Source: Octopus vulgaris
Lineage: Eukaryota
DNA length: 64,000 nucleotides
Direction of reading: 5' to 3'
NCBI GenBank assembly: GCA_951406725.2
Contig: OX597816.1
Span: forward strand, 77,562,001-77,626,000
Shown: positions 1-13,192 of the stretch, in pieces
How the letters are laid out: each line of letters starts with the position of its first letter
Numbering within the stretch: position 1 is the first letter of the stretch
Made by a program: the position numbers and the translations under genes
The notes under the pieces: generated by a model
Seen by the model: the letters and a program-made list of their open reading frames with translations, nothing else
Databases searched by the model: none
What the model was told of the DNA's origin: nothing

Positions 1-659
1 ATTTAAAAAGAATCAGCAAATTAAAATTTTCGTTCATTCATACCATTGATGCAATATCAACTAGATGACACTCATGTTCTGAATTGATAAATCCAACATT
101 ACTTAGATGAAGTATCATTCTAATTATTTTATCCATAATATCACCCTAATTATTTTATCCAAGTTCAAACACTCTCTAATTAAGTCATTAGTATATGAAT
201 AATTAACAAATAATATCACTAAGTTATAACATGACTGCCTGTAGTATTAAATGCCATTATGTTCAATAACCAATGGGAGAAAAATTCAGAGAAAAACACA
301 CGCATGCACATATACACACAGTGCAAGCAGGAAATCTTTTGAAAGGAAGTTCTTTCTAAAATAACGATAAATATTGTTTCTTGTTTAGAAGAATACTTAG
401 TTCCAGTTTTTGACTCCAAACAACAACACTGTTTGAAGTGGTTTCAGATTTGGCAGCTCTATACCTACACAAGTGTCTGGATGATCAAGACAATAAGGGA
501 CTGGATAACAATCTAAATGGTTTGTCAGTGGCAAAGATTTTTAACTCTACAACCAAGCTGACATAGCTCTAAGTAGATAGCACTTGGTGATATAGTTTAT
601 TCCTGTAAACGGACTCAGCACTATAAAACTGCTGACCATTTTGTTTGCTTAGTGACACT

Positions 660-925
660 CTACTGGTAATGGCAATGAGGTTCCAGTTGATTCGACCAAC
701 AGAACAACCAGCTTCTGAAATTAATGTCTGAGTAGCTGAGCACTCTTTAAACATACTTACCCTAAAAGTTGTTCTCAAGGCGATTCAGCATAATACAGAA
801 TGCGATGAGGCTGGCCCTTTGAATTACAGGTACAGCTCACTTTTGGTAGCTGAGTAGACAGAAACAGTGTGAAATAAAGTGTCTTGCTCAAGGACACAAT
901 GCACTGCTGGGTATTGAATGCTCTA
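660..925 (-). mobile_element. SINE family B, older copy
   Basis: Homologous to 18188-18448. Confidence 0.85.
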
Positions 926-946
926 CTTCCTTTACACAGTCTTTGA

Positions 947-948
<2 letters not shown>

Positions 949-994
<46 letters not shown>
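949..994. repeat. (TA)n microsatellite
   Basis: Read directly from the sequence. Confidence 0.98.
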
Positions 995-1001
<7 letters not shown>

Positions 1002-2069
1002 TACTTTTCTATGCTTGCAAGGGCCAGATTAAATTTGGTTTGGGGTTGAACCCCACTGCATGGCACCTTAGGCAAGTGTCCTCTGTTATAGCCCCTGGTT
1101 GTCCTGTGCCTTATTTGTCTGTGAATTTGGTAGACAGAAACTGTGTGGAGGCCATTTGTGTGTGTGCGTGTAATCATCAATTAACATCTGTTTTCCATGC
1201 TTGCACAGTGTGAAATGAGCTGGCAAGGCTGGGAGTCATATCAGGCCCCATTATCTGTTTTGGCATGATTTCTACAGCTGGATACCCTTCCTAATGCCAA
1301 CCAATTTACAGAGTATACTTGATGCTTTTTACATTGCACCAGCACAGGTACTTTTTATATGGCATAAGCACAAGTGCCAGCACTCGCTGGATCACCAAGT
1401 TCCTTGCAAGAATGAGAAAGAAAACGAAAAGAGCAAAAACCTCTCAACTGGAGTAGGGAGTAATTTTGGTAACAGTTGAGAAATTAAAGGTATAGGTGCC
1501 CTGCTGTAGATACATAAATACTCCAGTTGCAAAAGAAAGAGGAGTAAGGATAGGATAAGGAAAGCAATAGTGAGAGAGATATGGTGAAAATGTGTTGGGA
1601 TGTGCTCTTAGGGGACTGTGGGTGGTGAGAATAGGTGAAGTGATACAAGTTTGGATTGGAGTGAGTGGGCAGAATAGAGGTGAGTATAGCAAATGATGGA
1701 AAGAAACCTAGGAGAGGCTTGGGGACAGGGGTTTGCAGTTGACATGGTGAGGTGGATGGTAGTAGATATGTGAGGTCATTGTGGGTGATCACAGATAAGG
1801 GAGGTGTTAATGATGGAGACCAGGCAGGGAGGAGGATAGAAGGTACAGAAAGTTGACTGGTGGAGATAGGAGGCAGAGGAAAATAACAGAAGTGGAAGTG
1901 GTTTGGGATGGGGAAGAAAGGTAATTGAGAAAGCTGGGTAGAATGCATGTGCCAATTCTGCTCTCAGTTGATAGAAAAATGATGAGTGTTAGGGTGTGAA
2001 ATGTGGTGGTGGTTGATGGGGCAGAACCCCCTCCCCATGAACAAGAATTACCATGGTGATTTTAGGATA

Positions 2070-2880
2070 TCAACTCTTCTGTGGTGGGCTGGTCTTGAGT
2101 ACAGCAATGTGCCAGGTATCTTGATCCTTTGTCACCCCCTTTGTAAAACTCTGCATTTTGTGATCTGCCTTCCATACTTTGTGCCATATCTTCCTGAGTT
2201 TCCACCTGCCACAAGTTCCACCTACTTTTAAGTGATTGGCACTTTGCACTTTATGCAACTGTCCTCATTCATATGCATCACATGACCAAATCAGCACAAT
2301 TTTCTCTCTTGGATACTGCATCTAATTCCTTTTATGGTTGTCTTTTCTCTCAGTACATGAGTGCTCTGTCATACATGTACATTGAAATTGTACATCTAGC
2401 AGAGTATACTGCCTTCATTCCTCTTTAGTCTTTGCATGTTCTCCACATTTAGAGCCCATGTCTCACTACCATGTAGCATTGTTGTTCGTATACATGCATC
2501 ATACAGTTTACCTTTCACTCAGAGAGAGAAACCTCTGGTTGTCAACCGAGGTAAAAGCTCTCTGGACTTTCTCCATCATATTCTTCATCTAGCAGTAACA
2601 CTCTTGGCACATCCTCCTCCTCCTCTGCTAAATAGGTCACCTAGGTAGCAGAAATTATCTACTACTTCTTGAGGAGCATTTGAGAAAATTAAAGGCCATT
2701 TTATCTGAAGGGGTGAAGGTCTGTCTTCTTGCTTACTAGGACCTTGGTCTTTACTAAGTTAACTTTAAGGCCCTTCAATTCCAGGTTTTGCTTCTATACT
2801 TAGAATTTCTTTTCTAGTTCTGTCTATTCTGCTATCAGAACAAGGCCATCAACATAGAGTAGTTTCCATGGGCAGCCAGT
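2070..2880 (-). mobile_element. Degenerate RTE C-terminal ORF remnant
   Basis: Minus-strand KVGGTCGR...TKDQDTW matches the C-terminus of the 46311 element. Confidence 0.7.
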
Positions 2881-3187
2881 CTTAAATTCCTTTCTCTATA
2901 TATGTGCTTATATTTATTTGTGTGTGTATGTCTGTGTTTGTACCCTCTTACTGCTTGACAATCAACGTTAGTTTGTTTACATGCCTGTAACTTCTTAGTG
3001 GTTATCAAATGTGATAGAGTGAATAAGTACCAGACTAAAAAAAAGAACAGAAACAAACAAACAAACAAGCTTAAGTAGTGGGGTTGATTTGTTTGACTAA
3101 AACCCATCAAAGTGGTACCCTAGTATAGCTGCAGTTCAATGACTGTAACAAATAACAAAAGATAATACATATATACATGTATGTATA

Positions 3188-3690
3188 TCATCATCATCAG
3201 CAGCAGCAGCAGCATTTAATGTGTGCTTTCCATGTTGGCATGGGTTGGATGATTCCACATGGACCTGGCTAGCTGGGAGCTGTCCAGACTCCAATTGTCT
3301 ACTGTGGCATGGTTTCTATGACATGAGTGTGCTAGGTGATCTTCATGTGCCACTGGCACAGGTGCATTCTTGCAGCACCAACATGGGTGCTTTTTATGTG
3401 GAACTGGCATCTGAAAGGACAAACCTGTATGTTGGAGGACAATGATTTTACTTAGCTTGATGTGTCTTATCAAGTACAGCAAATAACCACACCTCCTGGT
3501 CTCTTGTCATTTCCTCACTGAGGCCCAGTATCCGAAGATCTTTTCTCACCACTTTGTCCCACATCTTCTTGGGTCTACTCCTTCCACAAATACCCTACAC
3601 AGTTAGGGCTCGGCACTCCTTTACACAGCTGTCTTCATCCATATACATCACATGATCAAACCAACCCAGTCTTCTCTCTGACAAACGGCA
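3188..3690 (-). mobile_element. Degenerate RTE 3' end and ORF C-terminus
   Basis: (CAT)/(CAG) tail, TTTCCATGTTGGCATGGGTTGG, and CAGCTGTCTTCATCCAT (MDEDS on the minus strand). Confidence 0.7.
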
Positions 3691-6135
3691 TTTGATGCCC
3701 CCCCCTCTCTCTCTGCATGTGTGTGAGATAGTTGAAAGTTCTTACAAAGTAACTTATCAATGAGAAATAGTTGATTTCTATTAGTTTGTTTGTCAAATGG
3801 CCACAGCTTGGCCTTAAGTGGTCTGAATGTAATATGAATTTTGAAATTAAATTGCGTATTTACTTGTAGGGCTAGTATGTGAAAAATAAAATATTACAAA
3901 TATTCAGTGTTATTTTTTAATATTGTTGTAATGCTAAAGAAAGTAAACATTGTTTCCATAGTGATAGACTCTGTACTTTACAGTAGTGATTTTATTCCCT
4001 GCAATATTTTTATTTGTATTCTCGTTACAGCTTACTTGATTATTTACTGTAATTATCACTGGTATTCTAGTTATATTTAGTGAATGTAAGTAAGCTTCAA
4101 GTACTTGTTGTCTGACTAGTTGCATCTTTTTAGAACTGCATGAACATCACACAGTCTCTTTTCTATCAGTTTATCACTATTAAAGGTAAACTGTGAGACG
4201 TGTGTGATATGTGATTCTGTGTGGGGAAACATCATAAATGATGAATGCATCAACAGGAACTGGAGAAGAATGAGCTAATAAATTGTCTGTTTGGTTGAAA
4301 TGTAAATTTGTGAGAATAACTAGATACAAACTGAACGAGGAAAGTGGTTGGGTATCAAATGTATTAACTAATATTTGCACTATCATAAACATGTAAAGCT
4401 AGCTGTAAAAAAAGTACTTTTAAGTTAATGCTGAAAGGCATCTGCCTGTGGTAGCTGTTATCAAACAGACTTGAAAGGAAGTATTATATTAGATCTCTGG
4501 ACATTAGATACCACAAAGGAATGAGTACATCAGTGAGATGCAGGGAATGATATTGAAATGAAAATGTATTTCATGTTAGGTAAAATAAATGAAAAGGATA
4601 ATGATATTCCTCTTGGTATTTTCTATTCTGAGTTTAAATCCCACTAGTATTGTCAACTCTTTTATTTCAGTTGTAGGTTCAATAAGTACTGATATCATTC
4701 TGGACAAAATGGAAGAACTTACAAAATCTGGTTTAGTGTCCTAATCAAAATGAAACATTATTTGACAAAATGGTTATGTGTTATAGTTATGGGTATGGGA
4801 TAAAGAAGTTCACTTCCTGGCCATATGGTTTCAGGTTCAGTTCCACTGCATAACACCTTGGGCAATTTTTTTCTAATATAACCATGGGCTGATCAAAACC
4901 TTATCAGTGGTGTGTGTGTGTGTAGGTGTGTTTGTGTCTTGTCTTGACACATATGCCAGTTGTAAATGAGCATCACTTTCATACAAGAGGTGTTCTTTCT
5001 GAAAACATGTCCAAACATGGGGAAATATTACACAACTTAGAAACAAGTGTGGGTTGGCAACAGGAAGGGACTCCAGCTGTTGAAAAAAATCTGTTACTGA
5101 ATTCTTTGTGACCCATGCAAGCATGGAAAAGTGGTCCTTAAGACAATGATGATTATGGATGTAACCAAGAGCTAGTGGTTTTGATGATTGTAATTTGATG
5201 GTTAATTGGATATTAATTAAAACTCTCCTTATTTATCAGTTTTTAGTCGGTATTCTATCTTTTCCTCTCACAATTAGGTATATAGACATATTTTTGTCAC
5301 CTGCTCAAACACATTATATTCATAGATCATTAACTAATATAATACTTGGCTATTTGTTCATTTAAATTAATTTAAGCTAATTATTGCTACTTTTTATTAC
5401 GGATAGTAATGGTGATCTAATGGCAGAGAAAGTAGTCACAGATTAAAATTATTTTATAATATTTAGTTTCATCTTTCTAGTGTTCAAATCTCAACAAATT
5501 GTTCACTGTTACCCTCCATAGTCAGTAAAATAGTATTAGTAGTATACTGCAGTTTCATTCAATGAATTGTACCAAGTAAATTGTGACCTTGTCTCAATGC
5601 TAGACACAATTATTGATTGTGTGTGTGTGTGTGAGACTTTCACATTGTTTGTTTGTCTAGGTAGGCATTGGAATAATCTGTTCAGGGGTTTATTTCCTTA
5701 ATAACATTGACATTGTTAAATGTTCTTCAGATGTTGGGCTTCACAGAGGGGGTGACAGGGGTCCAAGACTCCTGGCAGCTGTGCTTGAGAAGATGTGTTA
5801 AGCTAAGTAAAGTGGTTGTCCTTGTATACTTGCATGTCTCCTATATCCCTCTCCTACTGAGTGTTCCTAATCCTGCAGGCTCATGGGTGCTGGTGCCATC
5901 TAAAAAGCACCAGTACTGGTGCCATGTAAATGTACTTGCACCAGTGCTGCATAAAAACATCCAGTACACACCATAAAGTGATTGGCATTAGGAAGGACAT
6001 CCAGCCATAGAAACTATGCCAAAACAGACATGGAGCCTGGACCAGCTCTCTGGCTAGTCAGCTCCTGTCAAACTGTCCAACCCATGCCAGCATGGTAAAT
6101 AGACATTAATGATGATGATGGTTTTCTGTGTAAAT

Positions 6136-6390
6136 CAGTGGTTCTCTACCACATTTTGCCTGTGGACCCCTTTGATTCCTATTTTACTCTACTGGACACA
6201 CCCTCCCTAGCCATTTGAAGTTTTAAAAAATCTCAGTATATTTTTATAATTGAATAATATTAGGAATTGTATAAAAAATGGATAGAATATGTGTACTGTA
6301 GAAGTGTAACTGAGTTATTGCACATAATTTTTAACATCTAAATCTTATATGGGCCTCAAGGTTCATGTGGACCCTGTTTGAGAACCACTA
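6136..6390. mobile_element. hAT (Charlie-like) MITE
   Basis: TIR CAGTGGTTCTC...GAGAACCACTA; 8-bp TSD GTGTAAAT/GTGGAAAT. Confidence 0.8.
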
Positions 6391-7114
6391 GTGGAAATAA
6401 GGTGATTTAACCAGGAATAAAGTTAACTGTATTGTAGACTTGGTTTATCAGAGCCTGTTCTAACTGATGTGATTACTTACACTACTGAATATATAAAAAA
6501 AAACAACAACAATAAAAAACTCCCTCCACTTTACCTTCCCATTCTTGTATATTATATAGGTACTGTAATAGATTGTTTGCATTAATAAATATTTAGTTGT
6601 TGGTGTTTAGCTCCAGCTCAACCCTAATAGAGCAGACTTGTGATCAAAGGTTTTCCAAGTCTGAGCATCTAATTTTTTCAAATGTGACCCTCCATTAATT
6701 TTCCCAGATGCGACCAGCTAGTCTTATTTAGGTTTACTCTATCCTCTTCTCTTTTTCAAGACAGTTAAAGGAGAGTCAACTGCTGTTTCTCACAGGTCAA
6801 TCAATCATGTCGAGATTTTCTTGGTTCATTAGCTTCTCAGTTGTAAAATATAATGTATCAAGACATAAATCAGGTCACTGTTCCTAGTTTCAGTAAACTC
6901 ACAGATTTTCCATTAGTAAAGTTTGTTTTAATTGAGTAAAACAGACAAAGAACTAGCATCAGGTTAGATTATGCCATATATTTAAATGTAAGGGTGGAGT
7001 TGTTACAGGAGTATAATCTTCTATCTCCCACACTTGCAGGAAACCAAAGCTCTCTACTAAGAATCTACCTCATTCTCTCTTCTATGATGAACTAGATTGC
7101 TACTGGTTATGCAC

Positions 7115-7425
7115 TCAGTTGGTTATGATAACCAGTGTTCCAGTTGGTTCAATCAATGTAACAGCCTGCTCCTGAAATTAATGTGTATGTAGCTGAGCAC
7201 TTCACAGACACACATACCCATAACATACTTCTCAAGGAGATTCAATGTGAGACACACTGTCTGTGACAAGGCTGGCTCACTGAACTACAAGTAAAACTCA
7301 GTTTTGCCAGCTAAGTGGACTGGAGTAGTGTGAAATAAAGTATCTAACTCAAGGACACAATGCACCACCCAGTAATTGAAATCATGAGCTGAACACACTA
7401 ACCACTAAGCCACACACTTTCACTA
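7115..7425 (-). mobile_element. SINE family B, older copy
   Basis: Homologous to 18188-18448, plus a tRNA-like head. Confidence 0.85.
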
Positions 7426-8275
7426 GATCATTGCTATATGGATAGCTAGCTACTAATCGTTTGCAGGGAAATGCATCATCTGTGTATCTATTCTCGAAAC
7501 AGCTGTAAGAGACTACATGCACACCTTACTTACTTCTTCTTTCTGACTTATACTCTTGTACCAACTCCGTCTTTTTTTAAATATATGAATGTCATAATCT
7601 AACCTGTTACCAGTTCTTTGCCTGTTTATACTTTTATTCTATTATACATGTACTAGCTGAGCTGACAGTGGCCAATTGTCATCAGCAGCTATAACATCCC
7701 TACGTTTAATTACAGTCCAGAATGGAGTTTTAGGTAACAAGTCAACATGAGCCCTAATTGTATGTACCTATTACTGTACATCATCAGACGTAATAATTAC
7801 TTAAAGTTTGTTTTATGTTCATTAGGTCTCTTTGAAATTATAATTACAAAATATAACTGTTTGCATTTGAATGCAATTCAGTATATAAATTTGAACCTGT
7901 TCATTTCCAATTCTACCCCAAATTGGCAATCATATTATTCATTTCAAATGTAATTTTATAGCCAAATGTCCTTATTAATAATTAATGTTTATAGAAATTA
8001 AATACAATGCAAATAATTTCCTTGGTAGAACAGGGTCTGAAATATCATATTGCATGAAGATATTTGAATTGTAATTTTGATTTCTAACATAACAAAAGGC
8101 CACAAATTTGTTGAAGTGTGTCACATAAATGAATCAACACCAGCATATAACCAGTATTTATTTCATAATCAGGAAACATTATATAAAATTTGACTGTAAC
8201 ATTATTTGAATTTGGAATGTAGATATTCAAAATTAGATGCTAAAATAAATTTAGTCTTCTACTCTATTATATCAC

Positions 8276-8600
8276 AATGGTTAGAGCACCAGGCTTACAA
8301 TTGAAAGGTTGTGAGTTTGATTCCTGGACTGGGTTGTATGTTGTGTTCTTGAACAATACACTTTATCTTACATTGCTTCAGTTCACTCAGCTGTAGAAAT
8401 GAGTTGTGACATCATTGGTGCCAAGCTGTATCAGTCTTTGGCTTTCCTTTGGATAACATCAGTAGTGTGGAGAAAGAAGATTGGTGTGCATAGACGACTG
8501 CTGGTCTTCCATAAACAACCATGCCCAGACTTGTGCCTTGGAGGGGAACCTTCTAGGTGTAATCCCATGGTCATTCATGACCGAAGGAAGTCTTTACCCT
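8276..8600 (+). mobile_element. tRNA/CORE-like SINE variant
   Basis: A-box TGGTTAGAGC, B-box GTTTGATTCC, CORE-like GTTGTGTTCTTGAACAATACACTTTA. Confidence 0.7.
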
Positions 8601-8686
8601 TTTTAATATTTTCTCTTGCTCTTAATTTGTCAGCATGTAAATTTTGCAGTACAATAATTACATTTTGTTTTAATGTTTTGGTTTAA

Positions 8687-8911
8687 CTTTTTAGCATTTA
8701 AACTGACCATATCCAACCCAAATATTTTACCTGTATTATTTTCAAACTGATCAGATCCAGCCTCTCTCACATGCCCTTCAATACCATTCTAAAAAATAGA
8801 AATAAACAGTCACATCATCGAAATCTCAAAGTTGCGAGATAATGCATGATTAATTCTAAACTGTGAATAAATAAGCATTACATTTGACAGAGTAATCTGA
8901 ATGGTAAAGGG
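8687..8911. mobile_element. TTAA-MITE family 2 (TIR CCCTTTAGCATT)
   Basis: TTAA flanks, degenerate TIRs, ~220 bp, homologous to 28798, 30102 and 62768. Confidence 0.8.
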
Positions 8912-10529
8912 TTAAAGGAAGAGGGCTGTGCCTATACCATGGCCTTCACAGCCCCGACTTTCCACCCCAATGAAATTGATGTGGTTGTTGACTGCAAGAA
9001 AAATCATGGATAGGGTGGGAATTCCAGGAATGGATGTTTCAGGAATTATTGGGCCAAGTAAATGGTGAAAGGTGGATACAGTATGTATGATGAGAGGAGG
9101 AGAGACAAGTAAATTAGGTGAGCCTGTTGGAGACATCATTTAGCAGAATTCTTAAAACATTAGTCTAAAGTGCCTTCTGGTATTTGCCCTGGTTCTTTGT
9201 TCTAAGCTCATTTTCCATTGGGATTGGCTTTGCCTTTTATCCATTCATGAGTGATAAAAAAAAAAAAAGATCCCAATCAAGTACTGGTTGGATTCAGTTG
9301 ACTAATTTCTGCCCAGAAATTTCTGTCCTTGTACCCACATAAGAAATTATCAAAATCATCATCATATCCTGTTTTCCTTTTACTTATATTTATTCCTAAT
9401 GTCAGAAAAGCCCCAGCTTAGTATTTATTGGATTTGCATAGAATAATATTTACAAAATACAAAACATATCTGTATTTTTATAATGTAGTTCAGTGTGAGT
9501 TTGAGCATGTTTCTATACCATACTCAACAAAGGCAAAGCATTTTTCACATATTTCTTATGGGCTGGGATGGTTTTTCTTTTGCAAATGAAATAAGGAGCA
9601 GTTGATTTTACCTCTAGTTGCACTTCCAACTGCCAATAACTCATCTGTGAAGTAGTAGTTGTATAGTCAATTGTTAGTCCTCCAGGTTGAATGGTTATGT
9701 GTTTTTGAATTCATGTCTAAAGAGTAGTCTGTAGTACTAACCGTGACATTAATTCAGTTCTGATTAATTTTTGACTGTGAAGTATATTTAAGATATGGGA
9801 CTAGTGACACTTGAGATATTTTTTAATTGCTACCAAAACTTAATGTGTCATGAAAAACTTCATTCTCAAAATTGTGTTACCAATATGTAACATTTAGAAA
9901 GCTATACTCCTGTGTGTGTGTGTGTGTGGATGCAGGTGTGGCTGTGTTATTAAGAAGCTTGCTTCCCAGTCATGTAGTTTCAGGTTCAGTCTTTCTGCAT
10001 AGCACCTTGGGCAAATGTTTTCTATAGTCTCATACCTATCAAAGTTTTATGGTGTGTGTGTGTGTTTATATTATATATAGAAAGAAAATAGCCTATTGTT
10101 TAGGGTATTGGGTTTGCAAGCTTATGGTTATTGGGTCAATTCCTGCATTGGACATTGTATTGTGTCCTTAAGCAAGGCATATCATTGCACATTGTTCTAG
10201 TTTATTCTGCTGAAAACAAGTACAAGCTGACTTCCTTTTGCAATTTTGGTCTTTCTCTCTCCCATTCCCAATTTTGTTTCTCTTTAAAAAAATTTCTGAT
10301 CTCTGTTTTTGAGAAAGTAAATTATTTCATCTTTCTCTCTCCCTCCAGCTATCATATTCTGTTGGAGGGAAGGATTGAGAGGGCGTGTGTGTGCGTGTGT
10401 GTCTGCTTGGCATTGCATAGATGCTTAAAACAGCAAATGAGTGGTATAGGTTACAAGATTATACTTGCAAGTGACAGCGAGTTTGAAAGATAACAAAACA
10501 CCCATGTGATTAAGTGGAAAATAATTGAC

Positions 10530-10976
10530 TGGCCCCGTGTGGGTGGCACATAAAATACACCATTTGAGTGTGATCATTGCCAGTGCCACCTGGTTGGCTC
10601 CCATGCCGGTGGCATGTAAAAGGCACCATTCAAGCATGGTCGATGCCAGTGCTGACTGACTGGTGGCACATAAAAAGCACCATTCAAGCATGGTCATTGC
10701 TAGTGCTACCTGACTGGCTTCTGTGCCAGTCACATGTAAAAAGCACCATTCAAGCGTGGTTAATGCCAGTACTGCCTGACTGTCCTTCATGCCAGTGGCA
10801 CGTAAAAGCACCTACTACACTCTCGGAGTGGTTGGCTTAAGGAAGGGCATACAGCTGTGGAAACTTTGTCAGATGTGATTGGAGCCTGGTGCAGCCTTCT
10901 GACTTGCCAGCCCTCAGTCAAACTGTCCAACCCATGCCAGTATAGAAAGCAGACGTTAAATGATGATGATGATGAT
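10530..10976 (+). mobile_element. RTE-type 3' end with an array of ~60-bp units
   Basis: Five GGTGGCAYRTAAAARGCACC units, then GGAGTGGTTGGC...GGAAGGGCAT and CCAACCCATGCCAG...(GAT)n. Confidence 0.85.
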
Positions 10977-10980
10977 ATAA

Positions 10981-11430
10981 GTGCAGGCATAGCTGTATGG
11001 TAAGAAGTTTGCTTCTCAACGACATGGTTCTATGTTCAGTTCCACTGAGTTGCACTTTCAGCAAGTGTCTTCTATTATAGCCTTGGGCTGACCAAAGCCT
11101 TGTGTGTGGATTTGATAGACAGGGATTGAAAGAAGCCCATCATCATTTAACATCTGTTTTCCTTGCTGGCATGGGTTGGATGGTTATATCAAGTGTGTGT
11201 TTGTGTGTCTGCCTTGTGTCTGTGTATCCCCCCCCCCAACAGACACACACACACACACCACCCTGTTGCTTGACCACTGGTGCTGGTGTGTTTACATCCC
11301 CATAACTTAGCAGTCCAGCAAAAGAGACTGATAGAATAAATACTAGTCATTTGACTAAAAAATTCTCCAAGATGGTGCCCTAGCATGGCTGCAGTCTAGT
11401 GACTGAAATAAGTAACACGATAAAAAGAAA
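10981..11430 (+). mobile_element. SINE family A interrupted by a short antisense RTE tail
   Basis: Family A head and tail, with CATCATCATTTAACATCTGTTTTCC...GGGTTGGATGG at ~11138-11185. Confidence 0.8.
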
Positions 11431-12748
11431 AAGATATACATGGATACATGACCCCACTCCTGAAAGGAACATCTAAATCTCCTTTTAACAATAATCTCCA
11501 TTACCTTTTAAAATATACCATCACAATATAAGGAGTGTGACTTGAAATAAAGATCTCAAAACTGCTCTGCTTTACCTTTAGTAGCTGAATCAATCAATTT
11601 TCTTTGATCATTATTTTAGTGATTTGCAGCATTCTCTCTCTCTCTCCCTCCAAATAGGCTTAAATAGTAATAAATAATTTTCTTAATGTTGAGATTGCAC
11701 ATGGTTTTTTTGTTTTCCAATTCTCTTTACTAATAATCCATTATATACCTATTCATCACTTTTTTTTCTCTCTTTTACTCTCTTTCCTCTACTGCTCTCT
11801 CCTATCACTCTGGTTCTCTTCTAGCACTCTTGCATTACTGTCTTCTGTCTGCTAAGGATGAGAAAACCCATTCCTGATAGTGAATGAATGAACAGATGGA
11901 AACAACACAGAATAGAAAGAAATCTTCTGTCTTGCTAAAGACAACATCTCTATCTTTTATGCCAGAATAAAATGCATCCACTATATTCTATATGATGGTT
12001 GATGAATGGGCATAGATAACATAGGTAAGAGGGCTCTTTAGTCTTAATGAGGATATGACAACCTCCATAGTGCTGGTGCCATAGTAAAATACACCCAGTG
12101 CACTCTATAAAGCAGTTCGTGTTAGAACCATGAAACATCAAAATTGGGATATACAAATAAGACATGGGGTCTAGTTCTTTGAGAAGGCAAAACACTGATT
12201 TGGCCCATGACAACCCAGCCAATCCATGCCAGCGTGGAAAAGCAAATACAAAAATGATGATGATGATATTGTAATATTTATCAATAGATGTAGTATGTAA
12301 TGGAAACTAAATTTTGGCTTATTTTAGATAGGAAAGAGATAGTTATTGTTTTCATTACTACTGTTTTTGTCTTCAATATTATGATTGTCTTATTCCTCCA
12401 AGATTCAATTTTTTTCTTTCTTTTTTTAATATCCTCAACAGAAATCAATCATCGCTGTTTTAATCATTCAAACTAGCACACATCATAATTTTTGTTTTTG
12501 TTCTCAGCAGTCATTTACTTTCATTATAGAAAGTACATCTCTCACAGGATGACCTACAAATCCTCGATTATCTCTACTGTATTGAGTAATTTAGTTTTTA
12601 TGGATGGAAGATCAAAGCATACTCGATATGGCAAATATTTCCATGTAGAATTGTAGCTGTTTGTATATTGGAAACCTCTGTCTTTTGGGACAGACACCAC
12701 TTATGATGTAACTTTACAAGTATTTGTTTTGCTTTAGTTCATCCAGAA

Positions 12749-13192
12749 CAGAGGCTCTCAACATGGGCAGTACCATGCGCAAGGGGGCGCTAGGCATGTT
12801 GAAGGAGGCAGCAGGTTTTAGGGGGTGGTGAGGTGGGAGGGCCATGAGGTAGCATTATTAACATACTAAATTTTACCTGTAGTAATAATTATATTATGAT
12901 AAAGCTAGTAATGGTTGTTAAATTAAAATGAGATCTCATCAGACACAGGGAAAACATTATTTTGCAATGTATAATGTAAATTTACAACTTTTGTCTTTTA
13001 TTAATTTTTTTTGTCATTTCACTGTTAAAAGCTTATACAATCCATTTTTAGGGTATGATTTATAAATTATCGTCTATGTTTTAAGTTAGTTTAGTTGTGA
13101 TATCTTATTCGCCACTAAGGCTGGGTGCTAGGCATAACAACTAAAAAACTGGGATGGCTGCAGTAAAAAGACAAAAAAGTTAAGAACCACTG
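12749..13192. mobile_element. hAT (Charlie-like) MITE
   Basis: Ends CAGAGGCTCTCAAC...GTTAAGAACCACTG; degenerate 8-bp TSD ATCCAGAA/ATCTAGAG, which fits the NTCTAGAN preference. Confidence 0.7.

Noticed and set aside
8930-9140. Possible old Penelope RT fragment (also purine-rich blocks at 1480-1990, 16520-16830 and 52540-53040)
   Set aside because: Motif resemblance is too degenerate to call by eye.
10530-10830. CRISPR-like repeat/spacer array
   Set aside because: Spacers are homologous to each other, the array sits in a LINE 3' end with a (GAT)n tail, there are no cas genes, and the context is eukaryotic.
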